DNA of 28,446 nucleotides from a virus (Duplodnaviria; Heunggongvirae; Uroviricota; Caudoviricetes): IMG/VR virus record IMGVR_UViG_2622736468_000007; one strand, 5' to 3'. Shown piece by piece: positions 10,403 to 20,756 of this stretch (position 1 is its first letter; each line of letters starts with the position of its first letter). The notes under the pieces were generated by a model. It saw only the letters and a program-made list of their open reading frames with translations, ran no database searches and was not told where the DNA came from. The position numbers and the translations under genes were made by a program.

Positions 10403-10687
10403 ATCTGACACTTTGGTTCCCACTACTTATTTGGTGGACACCACTTTGTCTAATTCGTCAGATTCTGACCAGACGGTTCAGGCTGTACGCTTACGGAAAA
10501 TACGCGAACCGAAATGCCTTATCTTCAGAAATGCAGCCGGCATCCGAACTGGACGATATTGTAAATTCACCTAAATACGAGGCATTGCTGTAGTTGAATT
10601 GCAGTACTGTATTAGCCTGACAGTGACAGAATACGATATTGACTCTGTCACTTGTGAAATGGTCAGAATGGTTAGCAGTTATGGTGA

Positions 10688-10894
10688 TCAGTCAACCACC
10701 AGGGAATAATCCTTCGTATTCTTATCGTGCTTTACTAACGCGGCCTCAATTGCCCTGAATGCTTCCAGAGATACTTGATGTTCTATACATGCAATTACAA
10801 CATCCGGGTAACCCATCGAAATGGTGCTATTAAGCATAGTTTTTACACGAACCTGCTCCTGGGAGGGGGCATCAGTGTATTGATCTTTATGCAT
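10688..10894 (-). CDS. hypothetical small protein (prophage moron region)
   Basis: 68-aa ORF in AT-rich region between IS66 composite and gnsB-like gene; no recognisable motif. Confidence 0.4.
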   Translation of the reverse strand: MHKDQYTDAPSQEQVRVKTMLNSTISMGYPDVVIACIEHQVSLEAFRAIEAALVKHDKNTKDYSLVVD

Positions 10895-11189
10895 TTTGTC
10901 GCTCCATGCGTTTGCTCTTCACTTGCGGCTAAAAATATAACGTCAAATCACTCAGCATGAAAGAGTGAAAGTTTCAGCGCGTTTCCCTTACATAATCTGT
11001 CGTTTGTATTCTCTTCAGGCATACCGGAAAGACTAGGTATTGTCACACAACCAATACCATCGACAATCGAGATTTATATCTATTCGGTAATGTTTAAATA
11101 TAACAAAACCCCGTAAAAACGAGGTTTATGGGTAATTTGTATTGTTGAATAGCATCTGATGAGAAATTGATGCTAATACTATAAACATA

Positions 11190-11363
11190 CTAGATTAAAT
11201 CAATCTTGATATCATAGCTTTCAAGACCAGTCATTTTTTCCCGTGCAGTAAACTGGATACTGGTAACTTCTTTCCCGGTCTTTTTCTTAAGCTCAATGAT
11301 TTTTTTTGTTATATATTCAGAAATATCTGCTTCTGTTTTTGTTTTTAACTCTTCAATGTTCAT
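11190..11363 (-). CDS. gnsB: GnsA/GnsB-family small protein
   Basis: Internal start MNIEELKTKTEADISEYI...FTAREKMTGLESYDIKIDLI (57 aa) matches remembered GnsB; the ORF-track N-terminal extension is probably not translated. Confidence 0.65.
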   Translation of the reverse strand: MNIEELKTKTEADISEYITKKIIELKKKTGKEVTSIQFTAREKMTGLESYDIKIDLI

Positions 11364-11535
11364 CATTTCCTCTTTTAGTCTGTTATGACTTTCCTGGTAC
11401 ACAGTAGTGTCAATTATATGGAGCAAACGTATAAAAGATAAGATGAAACATCGCAATAATCAACATACGACGGTCTAAATTTCACACAAACAGATAAAGA
11501 TGATTATCATTTATTATCAATGCATTAGAATCAAA

Positions 11536-11766
11536 TCAATTCAAGAGTCTCATTGCTGCTTCCAGAATTTCTTCTGAAGTTACATGTCGATCCGCTGCTA
11601 CATAAATGACTTTATGATCTCCGGTCAGAGATGGAAACCCTGCAGCCATTACAGTGAGGTGTGTTGTTTCGCCATTTGGATATTCACGCATGATGGTGTT
11701 AACTCCGGTCATCACTGGCACTACCATTGCTGGTTCAGAGTTAAAAAAAACTATTATTTTTTTCAT
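11536..11766 (-). CDS. hypothetical protein (YnfN-position small protein)
   Basis: ORF 11536..11805; more plausible start MKKIIVFFNSEPAMVV... at 11766; weak RBS. Confidence 0.4.
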   Translation of the reverse strand: MKKIIVFFNSEPAMVVPVMTGVNTIMREYPNGETTHLTVMAAGFPSLTGDHKVIYVAADRHVTSEEILEAAMRLLN

Positions 11767-11810
11767 AATGTTACCGTAATATGTGAGTATCCATCGACTA
11801 GACACTAAGC

Positions 11811-11830
11811 AAAAAAGCTCCCGAAGGAGC
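11811..11830 (-). terminator. intrinsic terminator downstream of cspI-like gene
   Basis: Minus-strand hairpin GGCTCC-TTCG-GGAGC followed by T6. Confidence 0.5.
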
Positions 11831-12048
11831 CTTCATTTTCACTTTCTTAAATCTAACGACAGACGGCTAACATTTAAGTATTGTGAAATATTATCAAATG
11901 TAATCATCATTGATTTACAAAAGATACATTTTGCCCCGAAAGGATTCCTGTCAGAAACATCAAAAGATGATGTTCTATACTGAGAACCATGGCAACACGG
12001 GCATCTAAAGTGAATATGGTTTGTAATATTTTCTACCTCAAAGTGCCA

Positions 12049-12249
12049 CTACATGAACAGCCGCGGGCCTTTAGGTCCGTTCTCAATACCAAATTCGACT
12101 TCCTGATTCTCAGTTAACGTTTTGAAATCGTTGCTCTGAATAACTGAGAAATGGACAAACACATCTTTGCTACCATCTTTCGGCGTGATGAAACCAAAAC
12201 CTTTTTCAGGGTTAAACCATTTCACTAAACCAGTCATTTTGTTAGACAT
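12049..12249 (-). CDS. cspI: cold-shock protein, CspI-like, with altered C-terminus
   Basis: [35 protein letters not shown]... CspA-family; ends ...GPKGPRLFM* instead of the family-typical ...[10 protein letters not shown], which is encoded in the adjacent frame. Confidence 0.8.
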   Translation of the reverse strand: MSNKMTGLVKWFNPEKGFGFITPKDGSKDVFVHFSVIQSNDFKTLTENQEVEFGIENGPKGPRLFM

Positions 12250-12612
12250 CATTATTACCTTTTGAAGAAGTTAGCCCTTGGGCAGAATGGTCCGAAAAAA
12301 AATATCAGAGAGAAAAACCAACAAGGAAATCTCAAGAGGTACAAATAATAAAATTATAACAATGACTGCTTCAGATAATTTTGTAACAAACCAGAACACC
12401 ATTAACGCATGATTAACCAACCATAGCAAGGATTACTTTTGTAAAGAAAAACACACGAATGAAACAATAGCTTTATTTATTAATAAAACGTGTCATTCTG
12501 TCTAATGACCTTTTATCTTACCCTTAAGATTTCAAGGATTTTGACTCATGGAAGAGTCCTTTTTATTTAAATTTCACATTCAGCGCTAAAAATAATCCGA
12601 TTTAATATTAAT

Positions 12613-13640
<1,028 letters not shown>

Positions 13641-13753
13641 GGATATTTATCAGGATTTATCGGCTTCAAATCCCCGGATATGTTAAATCTTACCTCACCA
13701 GTGATGGGCACTGGCGGGAGGAGGATGTCAATCTGATAAACACAGAGGTGACT

Positions 13754-14014
13754 ATGGATTACACAAATCTACCAAAACAAACTTTTGCTGATTTAATCGC
13801 ACTCAGGCAAGCAGTCGTAGCTCTAATCAACTTGTTGCCGGAGAAGGAAAAGGAATTAGTTAAAGCGCTTCTTAACAGAACTGCCGCCGATTTTTCATCA
13901 TATCCACTGACAGATGACCTTGCGGACCTTCCTGAATTAATTGCAGCGTCCGCCATTAAGCTTACTGAAGAGATTTACCCTCCTCAAAAATCTTCACAAA
14001 ATTCCTGCGAGTAA
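13754..14014 (+). CDS. hypothetical protein, opposite-strand moron inside lysis cassette
   Basis: ATG at 13754 preceded by AGAGGTG; 86 aa helical-looking product; followed by an intrinsic terminator. Confidence 0.45.
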   Translation: MDYTNLPKQTFADLIALRQAVVALINLLPEKEKELVKALLNRTAADFSSYPLTDDLADLPELIAASAIKLTEEIYPPQKSSQNSCE

Positions 14015-14291
14015 CTTCAATGCAATAATCGTAAAACGCCGCAAACTGCTCATCGCGGCGTTTTTTTTCATCTTCAGAAGGGATCAGCACCGACAATTTT
14101 TTATTCAGATCAGCGACGCTGCCCTCCAGTTTTTCAATGGGCGATTCAATATCATCTTTTTCTGACCGCAATGCCGTCGGTGGCGTCTTCAGAGAACCAG
14201 TAATTCTTCCCGGTAGCTTTCCTTTGTAGGTTATCCACACATTCTGCGCCTCTAAAATTATGGGGCGCTTTTCCGGCGACTGCTCATCCCC
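13962..14291 (-). pseudogene. 3' part of the IS1-interrupted gene located between holin and endolysin
   Basis: Frame of ORF 13962..14240 stays open upstream to the IS1 junction and is in frame with the 5' part across the 9-bp duplication. Confidence 0.5.
14035..14068 (+). terminator. intrinsic terminator
   Basis: Stem AACGCCGC/GCGGCGTT with 12-nt loop followed by T8. Confidence 0.5.
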
Positions 14292-14306
14292 GGTGATGAC
14301 TCCAAC

Positions 14307-14702
14307 TTACTGATAGTGTTTTATGTTCAGATAATGCCCGATGACTTTGTCATGCAGCTCCACCGATTTTGAAAACGACAGTGACTTCCGTCCCAGCCTT
14401 GCCAGATGTTGCCTCAGATTCAGGTTATGCCGCTCAATGCGCTGCGTATATCGCTTGCTGATAACGTGCAGTTCTCCCTTCAGGCGTGATTCATAAAGCG
14501 GCCAGCCATCCGTCATCCATACCACGACCTCAAAGTCCGACAGCAGGCTCAGAAGACGCTCCAGTGTGGCCAGAGTGCGTTCACCGAATACGTGCGCCAC
14601 AACCGTCCTCCGAATCCTGTCATACGCGTAAAACAACCAGCGCTGGCGTGATTTAGCGCCGACGTAACCCCGCTGTTCGTCCATTTCAGCGCAGACAATC
14701 AC
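14307..14702 (-). CDS. insB: IS1 transposase InsB
   Basis: 131-aa ORF matching IS1 InsB. Confidence 0.9.
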   Translation of the reverse strand: MIVCAEMDEQRGYVGAKSRQRWLFYAYDRIRRTVVAHVFGERTLATLERLLSLLSDFEVVVWMTDGWPLYESRLKGELHVISKRYTQRIERHNLNLRQHLARLGRKSLSFSKSVELHDKVIGHYLNIKHYQ

Positions 14703-14728
14703 ATCACCGCCCGGTTGTATGCGCTAGG

Positions 14729-15004
14729 TTACCGACTGCGGCCTGAGTTTTTTAAGTGACGTAAAACCGTGTTGAGGCCAACGCCCATAATGCGTGCACT
14801 GGCGCGACATCCGACGCCATTCATGGCCATATCAATGATTTTCTGGTGCGTACCGGGCTGAGAGGCGGTGTAAGTGAACTGTAGTTGCCATGTTTTACGG
14901 TAATGAGAGCAGAGATAGCGCTGATGTCCGGCAGTGCTTTTGCCGTTACGCACCACGCCTTCAGTAGCGTAGCAGGAAGGACATCTGATGGAAATGGAAG
15001 CCAC
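14729..15004 (-). CDS. insA: IS1 InsA
   Basis: 91-aa [26 protein letters not shown]... zinc-finger InsA. Confidence 0.9.
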   Translation of the reverse strand: MASISIRCPSCYATEGVVRNGKSTAGHQRYLCSHYRKTWQLQFTYTASQPGTHQKIIDMAMNGVGCRASARIMGVGLNTVLRHLKNSGRSR

Positions 15005-15059
15005 GCAAGCACCTTAAAATCACCATCATACACTAAATCAGCAAGTTGGCAGCATTACC

Positions 15060-15290
15060 CTCATCCCCTACACATAACCCGGCAGCAACATCCAGGAATA
15101 CCTGTCTGATTCTCATTCTGGCTGCTGCCTCATAAAACTCCAGCGCGGCACCTTCAACACGGTCCAGCGAGATGTCCAGGTCAAAAATTTCACCGTCAAA
15201 GCGTTTTTTGTCCCTTAATGCTACAGTTACCGCAACTTTATTCTCAAAATTGCGGATCCCTTTCACAATCAGTTCATAGTTTTGTGTCAT
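15060..15290 (-). pseudogene. 5' part of YdfR-like (DUF1327-type) gene interrupted by IS1
   Basis: MTQNYELIVKGIRNFENKVAVTVALRDKKRFDGEIFDLD...; RBS GGGGAGAG upstream of ATG at 15290; ORF-track tail ...GNAANLLI is read-through into IS1. Confidence 0.6.
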
Positions 15291-15294
15291 TGAA

Positions 15295-15510
15295 TTACTC
15301 TCCCCGTGCAACCTTACGCTTGTCTTCTTTAATCTTGAAATAAAGGTTTGTCAGGTACGTCAGCAAGCCAAATACCAGACTACCCAGCACACCGATTGCA
15401 GCCCACTGTGACGGAGTTACTTTATCGAGTAACTGCAATGCCCAGAAACCAGCATTATCAGCCGATGTGCCATAGGCGATACCTGTTGTTAACTTATCCA
15501 TTGATTTCAT
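15295..15510 (-). CDS. class II holin (phage 21 S-type pinholin)
   Basis: 71 aa [28 protein letters not shown]...; two TM segments; pairs with SAR endolysin. Confidence 0.85.
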   Translation of the reverse strand: MKSMDKLTTGIAYGTSADNAGFWALQLLDKVTPSQWAAIGVLGSLVFGLLTYLTNLYFKIKEDKRKVARGE

Positions 15511-15728
15511 ATCCTCACCCCGATGTACACAGATGGTGCAATATGTTTGAAAAGATCGGAGTCTATGGGGTAGTTTTTATAGCAAACGTTGTTCTCAACG
15601 GCGCTAAAAAACAGACACATTAAAAATGTGGGTAATTATTTTAAAAGAAAATCATATATTAAATAATAATACGAGATATGTTTTCATATTTAGTGTACTG
15701 TATACGGCCATTTATACAGGAAAAGCCT

Positions 15729-15899
15729 ATGTCAGAACGTAAAGACTCAAAATCACGCCGTAATTATCTCGTTAAATGTTCCTGCCCAAACTGCACCCAA
15801 GAGTCAGAACACAGTTTTTCAAGAGTACAAAAAGGTGCCCTTTTGATCTGCCCTCATTGCAACAAAGTATTCCAGACAAATCTTAAAGCTGTAGCTTGA
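15729..15899 (+). CDS. small zinc-ribbon protein (two CxxC pairs), hypothetical
   Basis: ORF 15678..15899; likely start MSERKDSK... at 15729 with AGGAAAAG RBS; CSCPNC...CPHC. Confidence 0.45.
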   Translation: MSERKDSKSRRNYLVKCSCPNCTQESEHSFSRVQKGALLICPHCNKVFQTNLKAVA

Positions 15900-15954
15900 T
15901 TGATTTTATTCGTAACAAGTATTTTTTATATTTTAATAACATATTTAAAGCAGA

Positions 15955-15981
15955 TAATAAAAAACCCGCCTGAGCGGGTTT
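15955..15981 (-). terminator. intrinsic terminator (strong on minus strand, weak on plus)
   Basis: Hairpin AACCCGC-CTGA-GCGGGTT preceded by an A-run on the plus strand (T-run on minus). Confidence 0.55.
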
Positions 15982-16262
15982 AATATTGTGGTACTTTTTG
16001 TGGGAGTCATCCACTTACGCACTTTGTTTTGCTATGCCAGCAGTTAGCTTCTGCTGTAAAACTATTCATGCAGCAAACCTGCACTTCACCACAATGGTTA
16101 GCATACTTTTCCTGATTAAGTTATTGCCAAATATGCTGGCCATTGTTTCATGTATTGGACCTCCTTACTCTTTATTAAAGAGATCCAATATTCACCACTC
16201 TGTCTGTATCTCCACTCAGGCATCAGCCTTCTTCGTTATCGTATACAGACAAACTATGAATT

Positions 16263-16478
16263 TTAATCAGTAATTATGACATTTGCTGCTGCAGGACCTT
16301 TAGCACCACTCTCTACAGAGAAGGTAACCTTTTGACCTTCAAATAAGGTTCGATAATTATCATTCTGAATCGCAGAAAAATGCACAAACACATCTTTACT
16401 ACCATCAACAGGAGAAATAAAGCCAAAACCTTTATCAGCGTTAAACCATTTTACTAAACCAGTCATTTTATTTGACAT
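16263..16478 (-). CDS. cspB: cold-shock protein CspB-like
   Basis: [67 protein letters not shown]... Confidence 0.9.
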   Translation of the reverse strand: MSNKMTGLVKWFNADKGFGFISPVDGSKDVFVHFSAIQNDNYRTLFEGQKVTFSVESGAKGPAAANVIITD

Positions 16479-16778
16479 TCTACATTCCTTAACTTGAGCC
16501 TTTCGGCATAAATGGCTTGTATAACAGAAACGACTTCGTACTTAATTGGAGAGACTCAAAGAAGGAATAAGTGAATAACACCTGAAATGAGAACTGCTTT
16601 AGTAAACTACTTCGTATATCGTCTGTTCTTCAAACCGACGCAATCATTAACGCATAGTTGAACATATGAAGCAATGTTTATTTTAGACATCCAGCCATCT
16701 TCAACCCCATCAAAAAACTATAGCTTTCTTCAGGAACGTGTGTATAGTGCGCCAAGTTATCAGTATTAAGGAATTTTT

Positions 16779-16991
16779 TTGTCCCGTAAAATGACAGGAA
16801 TTCTCAAAACCTTTGACGGCAAAAGCGGCAAAGGTCTTATAACCCCATCCGATGGTCGTATCGATGTCCAGCTTCATGTTTCAGCGCTCAATCTCCGCGA
16901 TGCAGAAGAAATTACCACCGGATTACGCGTGGAATTTTGCCGGATAAATGGTCTGCGTGGACCATCAGCTGCCAATGTTTACCTTTCATGA
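16779..16991 (+). CDS. cspF: CspF/CspH-like cold-shock-domain protein
   Basis: [36 protein letters not shown]...[13 protein letters not shown]; divergent from cspB as in Qin-type prophages. Confidence 0.8.
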   Translation: MSRKMTGILKTFDGKSGKGLITPSDGRIDVQLHVSALNLRDAEEITTGLRVEFCRINGLRGPSAANVYLS

Positions 16992-17281
16992 GCTATATTA
17001 AAGCTTTAACTTCAAGCCCCATCGAATCAAACATGGAGAGTTTTCATGAATAAACCCGTCTGTCTTGATGACTGGTTGATTGGCTTTAAAAGCTTATGCT
17101 GTACTTTGACCTTAATAGCTCTGCTAATAATGTAATAAGCAGACTCATTGTATCTATGGACATTGTACTGGAAGAAAACATTTTAAACATCAGGCAAAAA
17201 ACAAAGTCACCCGATAAATAATAAGTAAACTAACATGAATCCCGTAATGAGATTCAACATCTCTATTACCCTATTTAAAGC

Positions 17282-17306
17282 ACAAAAACCCGCTCATCAG
17301 CGGGTT
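17282..17306 (-). terminator. tR'-like intrinsic terminator downstream of late promoter
   Basis: Hairpin AACCCGC-TGATGA-GCGGGTT followed by T5 on the minus strand. Confidence 0.6.
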
Positions 17307-17353
17307 TTCTACTTTTTCTTAACTTCGGGTATACAAAGCCCATCGTTGAAAAA

Positions 17354-17382
17354 ATTTTATCCATATTTTTTGAAAAATGCAA
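17354..17382 (-). promoter_or_regulatory. candidate late promoter (pR'-like) immediately downstream of Q
   Basis: Minus strand TTGCAT-N17-TAAAAT; about 40-65 nt upstream of the terminator hairpin. Confidence 0.5.
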
Positions 17383-17413
17383 GCATCACGTCGCCATCTT
17401 CGGCGAAAATCAC

Positions 17414-18166
17414 TTATCTCGTCACCTTTCTCAATTGTGCTTCAGCGTAAGATTCCTCCTGCCAGCACTTTGTAACCAGTTTATCAATGACATTTGCATA
17501 TCCTTTATACCACTGATAATCACTCAGGTCCGGTACCAGCTTCTGGACATGATGCCGCGCCAGTGTGGTTGGTAAACGACTAAACCGTTTTCCATTGCAA
17601 CGCCCACAAATCTTATAAACAGGTGTGCCATGAAGCCGGGTCCTTTTTTCATCCAAGACAATACCTTTACCCTTACACCCTCTGCACGCTGTGCTGACTT
17701 CTCCCTTACCATGGCAATGCTGACATAGTTCCTTCACCCACTCTTCTTTGATAACAGATTCCCCGCTTCTGGAGTGTTTCACCACTTCGCGCAATACATT
17801 ATGAAATCCAGTACCAGCACAATGCTCACAACGAGCCTTACTTGCCGCAGACCTGGAATAATCAGCAAAGGCAAAATTCACAAGGTAAGGAATAATCTGT
17901 AGCCGGGTTTCTTCACTCAATTTATTCAATGTCGGGTTATCCAGTGCCATCGCGTAATTGAGCAGACCTTCAATCGCAAACTGAGGATCCTGAACACCAA
18001 CTTTTGCCAGGAATAAGGCAAACCCAAGCGGTGCTTTCGACTGCACCATCCCCTGCGCAGCCATCACATCCGTAATCGTTAAACCACCAGAGCCTGTCGC
18101 CGGTGCGTCATCACTCAATTTTGGAGATTTTGGGGAGTAATATTTTGGTAAGGCTTCAAGGTTCAT
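17414..18166 (-). CDS. late-gene antiterminator Q (phage 82/QuuQ type)
   Basis: 250 aa with cysteine-rich zinc-binding region (CEHCAGTGF...CQHCHGKGE...CRGCKGKG...CGRCNGK). Confidence 0.85.
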   Translation of the reverse strand: MNLEALPKYYSPKSPKLSDDAPATGSGGLTITDVMAAQGMVQSKAPLGFALFLAKVGVQDPQFAIEGLLNYAMALDNPTLNKLSEETRLQIIPYLVNFAFADYSRSAASKARCEHCAGTGFHNVLREVVKHSRSGESVIKEEWVKELCQHCHGKGEVSTACRGCKGKGIVLDEKRTRLHGTPVYKICGRCNGKRFSRLPTTLARHHVQKLVPDLSDYQWYKGYANVIDKLVTKCWQEESYAEAQLRKVTR

Positions 18167-18179
18167 GCTCGTTCTCCAC

Positions 18180-19175
18180 TTACGCCAGTACGCCTATTGC
18201 CAGCGCACGATCGATAAAACGAAATATCAGCTCCAGCTGGGAGCCATACTTCTCTTCAAATGCCACGGTATCCGCATGCAGCTCGTCGTGATGCTTTCTG
18301 CACAAAGGCAACACAAAAAGGTCATGCGCTTTTGTACCCATTCCCCCCTGACCGTGGCCTATCAGGTGGTGGGGATCATCAGCAGGTTTTCCACAACATG
18401 CGCACGGCTGCGTCTTAACCCAGCGCGTGTACTTTTCATTAACCCAGCGGTGACGTTTTGGGCGTAACATAAAAGACTCCGGCGACTCCGGATCCACTTT
18501 CAGCGCCAGCACCTTTTTCGCCTTATCCTGGATGATGCTGGTGGCAGGAACCGAAGGCACAAGGTCACTTTCCCGGGTAACAGACGGCACAACAGGCTTC
18601 GGTAATCTCAGTGCCTTACGGGCTGCACTTTCCGGTAAGGCATCCGCCAGATCATTACGAATCAGCCACCAGCACAGTTCCGGCATTGTCACAACATGAC
18701 TGTCATCAAAACCGAGATCCCGACGCACAACAGACAACACCCAGCGGGCACAGTTATCCGTTGCCATTGATTCCAGCCGTTCCGTGAACTGATCGCGCAG
18801 CTGGTTATCGCAGTGCCAGCACAGACGGATTGCGCCCGGAGCGTGTCGCATTGTTGTCATGTTCTCGCTGTGCCAGTCGGAATGAGGCCACTGGCAGCCT
18901 TTTTCACGAAGTAACCAGCTTTCAAGACATTCCACGCCACCAGCACGACGGATCACTGCCTCATTGCGGAACACGGCCCGAACGGCAGGATCATCCGCCA
19001 GCGGTTGTGATGCCGCCGGAACGGCACCACTGGCGAAAGATGAATAACGTTCCGGCTCAGGCTCCAGCAGGACACGCCCCTGCATAAACAAGGGCATCAG
19101 CTCTGAACCTGGTCTGAACAATACGATCCCCATACGCGGGGCAATTTCAGGGGTCAGTAGTGCTCTCACGGTCAC
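18180..19175 (-). CDS. DUF968/YdfU-like protein with C-terminal HNH-type motif
   Basis: 331 aa; C-terminal CxxC ... HHLIGHGQGGMGTKAHD ... CRKHHDELH. Confidence 0.7.
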   Translation of the reverse strand: MTVRALLTPEIAPRMGIVLFRPGSELMPLFMQGRVLLEPEPERYSSFASGAVPAASQPLADDPAVRAVFRNEAVIRRAGGVECLESWLLREKGCQWPHSDWHSENMTTMRHAPGAIRLCWHCDNQLRDQFTERLESMATDNCARWVLSVVRRDLGFDDSHVVTMPELCWWLIRNDLADALPESAARKALRLPKPVVPSVTRESDLVPSVPATSIIQDKAKKVLALKVDPESPESFMLRPKRHRWVNEKYTRWVKTQPCACCGKPADDPHHLIGHGQGGMGTKAHDLFVLPLCRKHHDELHADTVAFEEKYGSQLELIFRFIDRALAIGVLA

Positions 19176-19176
19176 C

Positions 19177-20004
19177 TCAATGAACGGTATCGAGCAGCTT
19201 TAACAGCTCAGGGAATCGGGATTCGAAGAAATGCGGCTGCGTCTCGCGCGGATTTGCAGGACTGGTGATGTTCTTGCCGAACATGCAGCCTTTCGCGGTC
19301 AGCGACCAGAATTTTTTGATGTTGTTAATCGCGGTACGACTGTATCGTTCGCGTTGTTCAACGATCCCCAGCTTCGCCATCTGGTGATATGCCTGATTAG
19401 CCGTCAGGCGGATACCATACTGCTTCAGCAGTGCACTCAGCGACAGCGTAGGGCGGCTTGAACCATCTGGCGCATCAGCAGGTGCATCAATGGCATAGAT
19501 CGGCATAAGTTCAGGAAGACCAGCTACCTTTGATAATTTCTGGTATGCACCAAGTTTCGAGGAGTTTGACAGATTTAGAGTCTTTGCTGCTGATTCAAGC
19601 AGAATGACCCCGGATTTAATTTTGTCGGATGTGGTTTCTTCTGGTGATGAATTATGAAGCGCATCAAAAGTACGTATCACTTTTAAGATGAATGCCGGGC
19701 TGATCCACATTGCATATGCATAGACCAGCTCTTTACAGACATACGTCCCACCATTGCGCCCCTGAATGGTGATGACAGGAATACTACGGGAATCTCCCGT
19801 AGTTTCTTCTTCCAATAATTCCACAAGAGCCTTCGTTTCAGGACGACGCATAAACTCGTGAACTTCCAGCGAACGGGAGGAGCGATTCTCACCAGCGGCA
19901 AGAAGAGCAGCTTTCTGAAGGTCGTTAAGACAGTAGTTAGATTCGAAGTACTGGCGCACAGAAACGCCATCAATTACAAGCAACTGATTCATTGGTTTCT
20001 CCAC
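19177..20004 (-). CDS. KilA-N domain protein
   Basis: N-terminal LLVIDGVSVRQ...LNDL...GGTYVCKELVYAYAMWISPAF pattern typical of KilA-N/APSES DNA-binding domains. Confidence 0.65.
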   Translation of the reverse strand: MEKPMNQLLVIDGVSVRQYFESNYCLNDLQKAALLAAGENRSSRSLEVHEFMRRPETKALVELLEEETTGDSRSIPVITIQGRNGGTYVCKELVYAYAMWISPAFILKVIRTFDALHNSSPEETTSDKIKSGVILLESAAKTLNLSNSSKLGAYQKLSKVAGLPELMPIYAIDAPADAPDGSSRPTLSLSALLKQYGIRLTANQAYHQMAKLGIVEQRERYSRTAINNIKKFWSLTAKGCMFGKNITSPANPRETQPHFFESRFPELLKLLDTVH

Positions 20005-20154
20005 AAATTTTTATCCACGAGCGGGACTGCACTCCCTTTTCGTTGATGCCGGATGAACTTACTGCGATTTTTAATAGTTATCAAGGATACACTGTTCATA
20101 AATACAGTATCTTTAACGAGGTAATACCCAAATTTAGGGTGTTGCTCAATTCCG

Positions 20155-20550
20155 TTACCGAGTTGCTAATTTGCAACTCGCTTTTTCGTACTTACTGATA
20201 GTGATCTCGACCTTCCCCTCCGGGATAACCGGTCCCCACTCCACCAGCATTCTTTTCACCTGACTGTCGTCTTCCCACACACCCGCGTGGGTCAGGGCGT
20301 CAAACAGCGCCTTGTTATAGTTGTCCAGATCGCGGATCCGGTTATCCGGAGGAAACAACACGATCTCCACTGAAGCAGGTGCCGACGTTGGTTTCGGCAG
20401 ACGACGTAACTGCTCAACTATTGCTGCACACGCCGCGCTCTGGAATTTTCGCCCCGCCGCGCTTATCAGGCTCTTACCAGCAAACGCCCCTTTGTTGGGG
20501 TGTCGCCAGTACGTGTTCACGCTGGGCGGAAAAGGCAGGATCAGCTTCAT
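20155..20550 (-). CDS. rusA: RusA-family Holliday junction resolvase
   Basis: 131 aa; LPFPPSVNTYWRH ... RDLDNYNKALFDALTHAGVWEDDSQV. Confidence 0.8.
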   Translation of the reverse strand: MKLILPFPPSVNTYWRHPNKGAFAGKSLISAAGRKFQSAACAAIVEQLRRLPKPTSAPASVEIVLFPPDNRIRDLDNYNKALFDALTHAGVWEDDSQVKRMLVEWGPVIPEGKVEITISKYEKASCKLATR

Positions 20551-20756
20551 ACTTTCAGGCCTCTCTCATGTAACCAATGGGCTGCACGCAGCCTGGCGTT
20601 TTCCTCACCGGCAAGCAGTGAGCGGATAATCCCGACCGCCTCGCTGTCGTCGTCCTTCACCACGGTATGAAGCGTGATCCCCCGGGCCACACCACGCTTT
20701 ATCGTGATGACGCCTTTTTTCTCCAGTGCGCGAAGATGCTCCACCGCTGCATTCAC
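20547..20756 (-). CDS. LexA-N-terminal-like winged-helix ORF (possibly 3' half of a frameshifted gene)
   Basis: GTG start overlapping upstream stop; NAAVEHLRALEKKGVITIKRGVARGITL resembles the LexA N-domain wing. Confidence 0.45.
   Translation of the reverse strand: MNAAVEHLRALEKKGVITIKRGVARGITLHTVVKDDDSEAVGIIRSLLAGEENARLRAAHWLHERGLKV

Larger units (their letters stand above)
7471..10494. mobile_element. IS66-family composite: complete element (8053..10494, minus orientation) abutting a 582-bp inverted partial copy (7471..8052)
   Basis: Both outer ends are GTAAGCGTACAGCCTGAACCGTCTGGTCAG in inverted orientation; inner end GTAAGCGTGCAGCAAGAACCGT at 8053; flanked by 8-bp direct repeat GGAAAATA (7463-7470 and 10495-10502). 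Confidence 0.85.
14292..15059 (-). mobile_element. IS1 (768 bp)
   Basis: Ends GGTGATGACTCCAACTTACTGAT... and ...ATCAGCAAGTTGGCAGCATTACC; insA/insB present; 9-bp direct repeat CTCATCCCC at 14283-14291 and 15060-15068. Confidence 0.95.

Noticed and set aside
13759-13956. 65-aa minus-strand ORF
   Set aside because: It is antisense to the better-supported plus-strand ORF 13754..14014, which has an RBS and terminator; the product is Ser/Ala-rich and low-complexity.
17414-20004. hok/sok or relBE-type toxin-antitoxin loci near Q, as in some Qin-like prophages
   Set aside because: No small ORF with the expected sequence or architecture was found there; the space is occupied by DUF968 and KilA-N genes.
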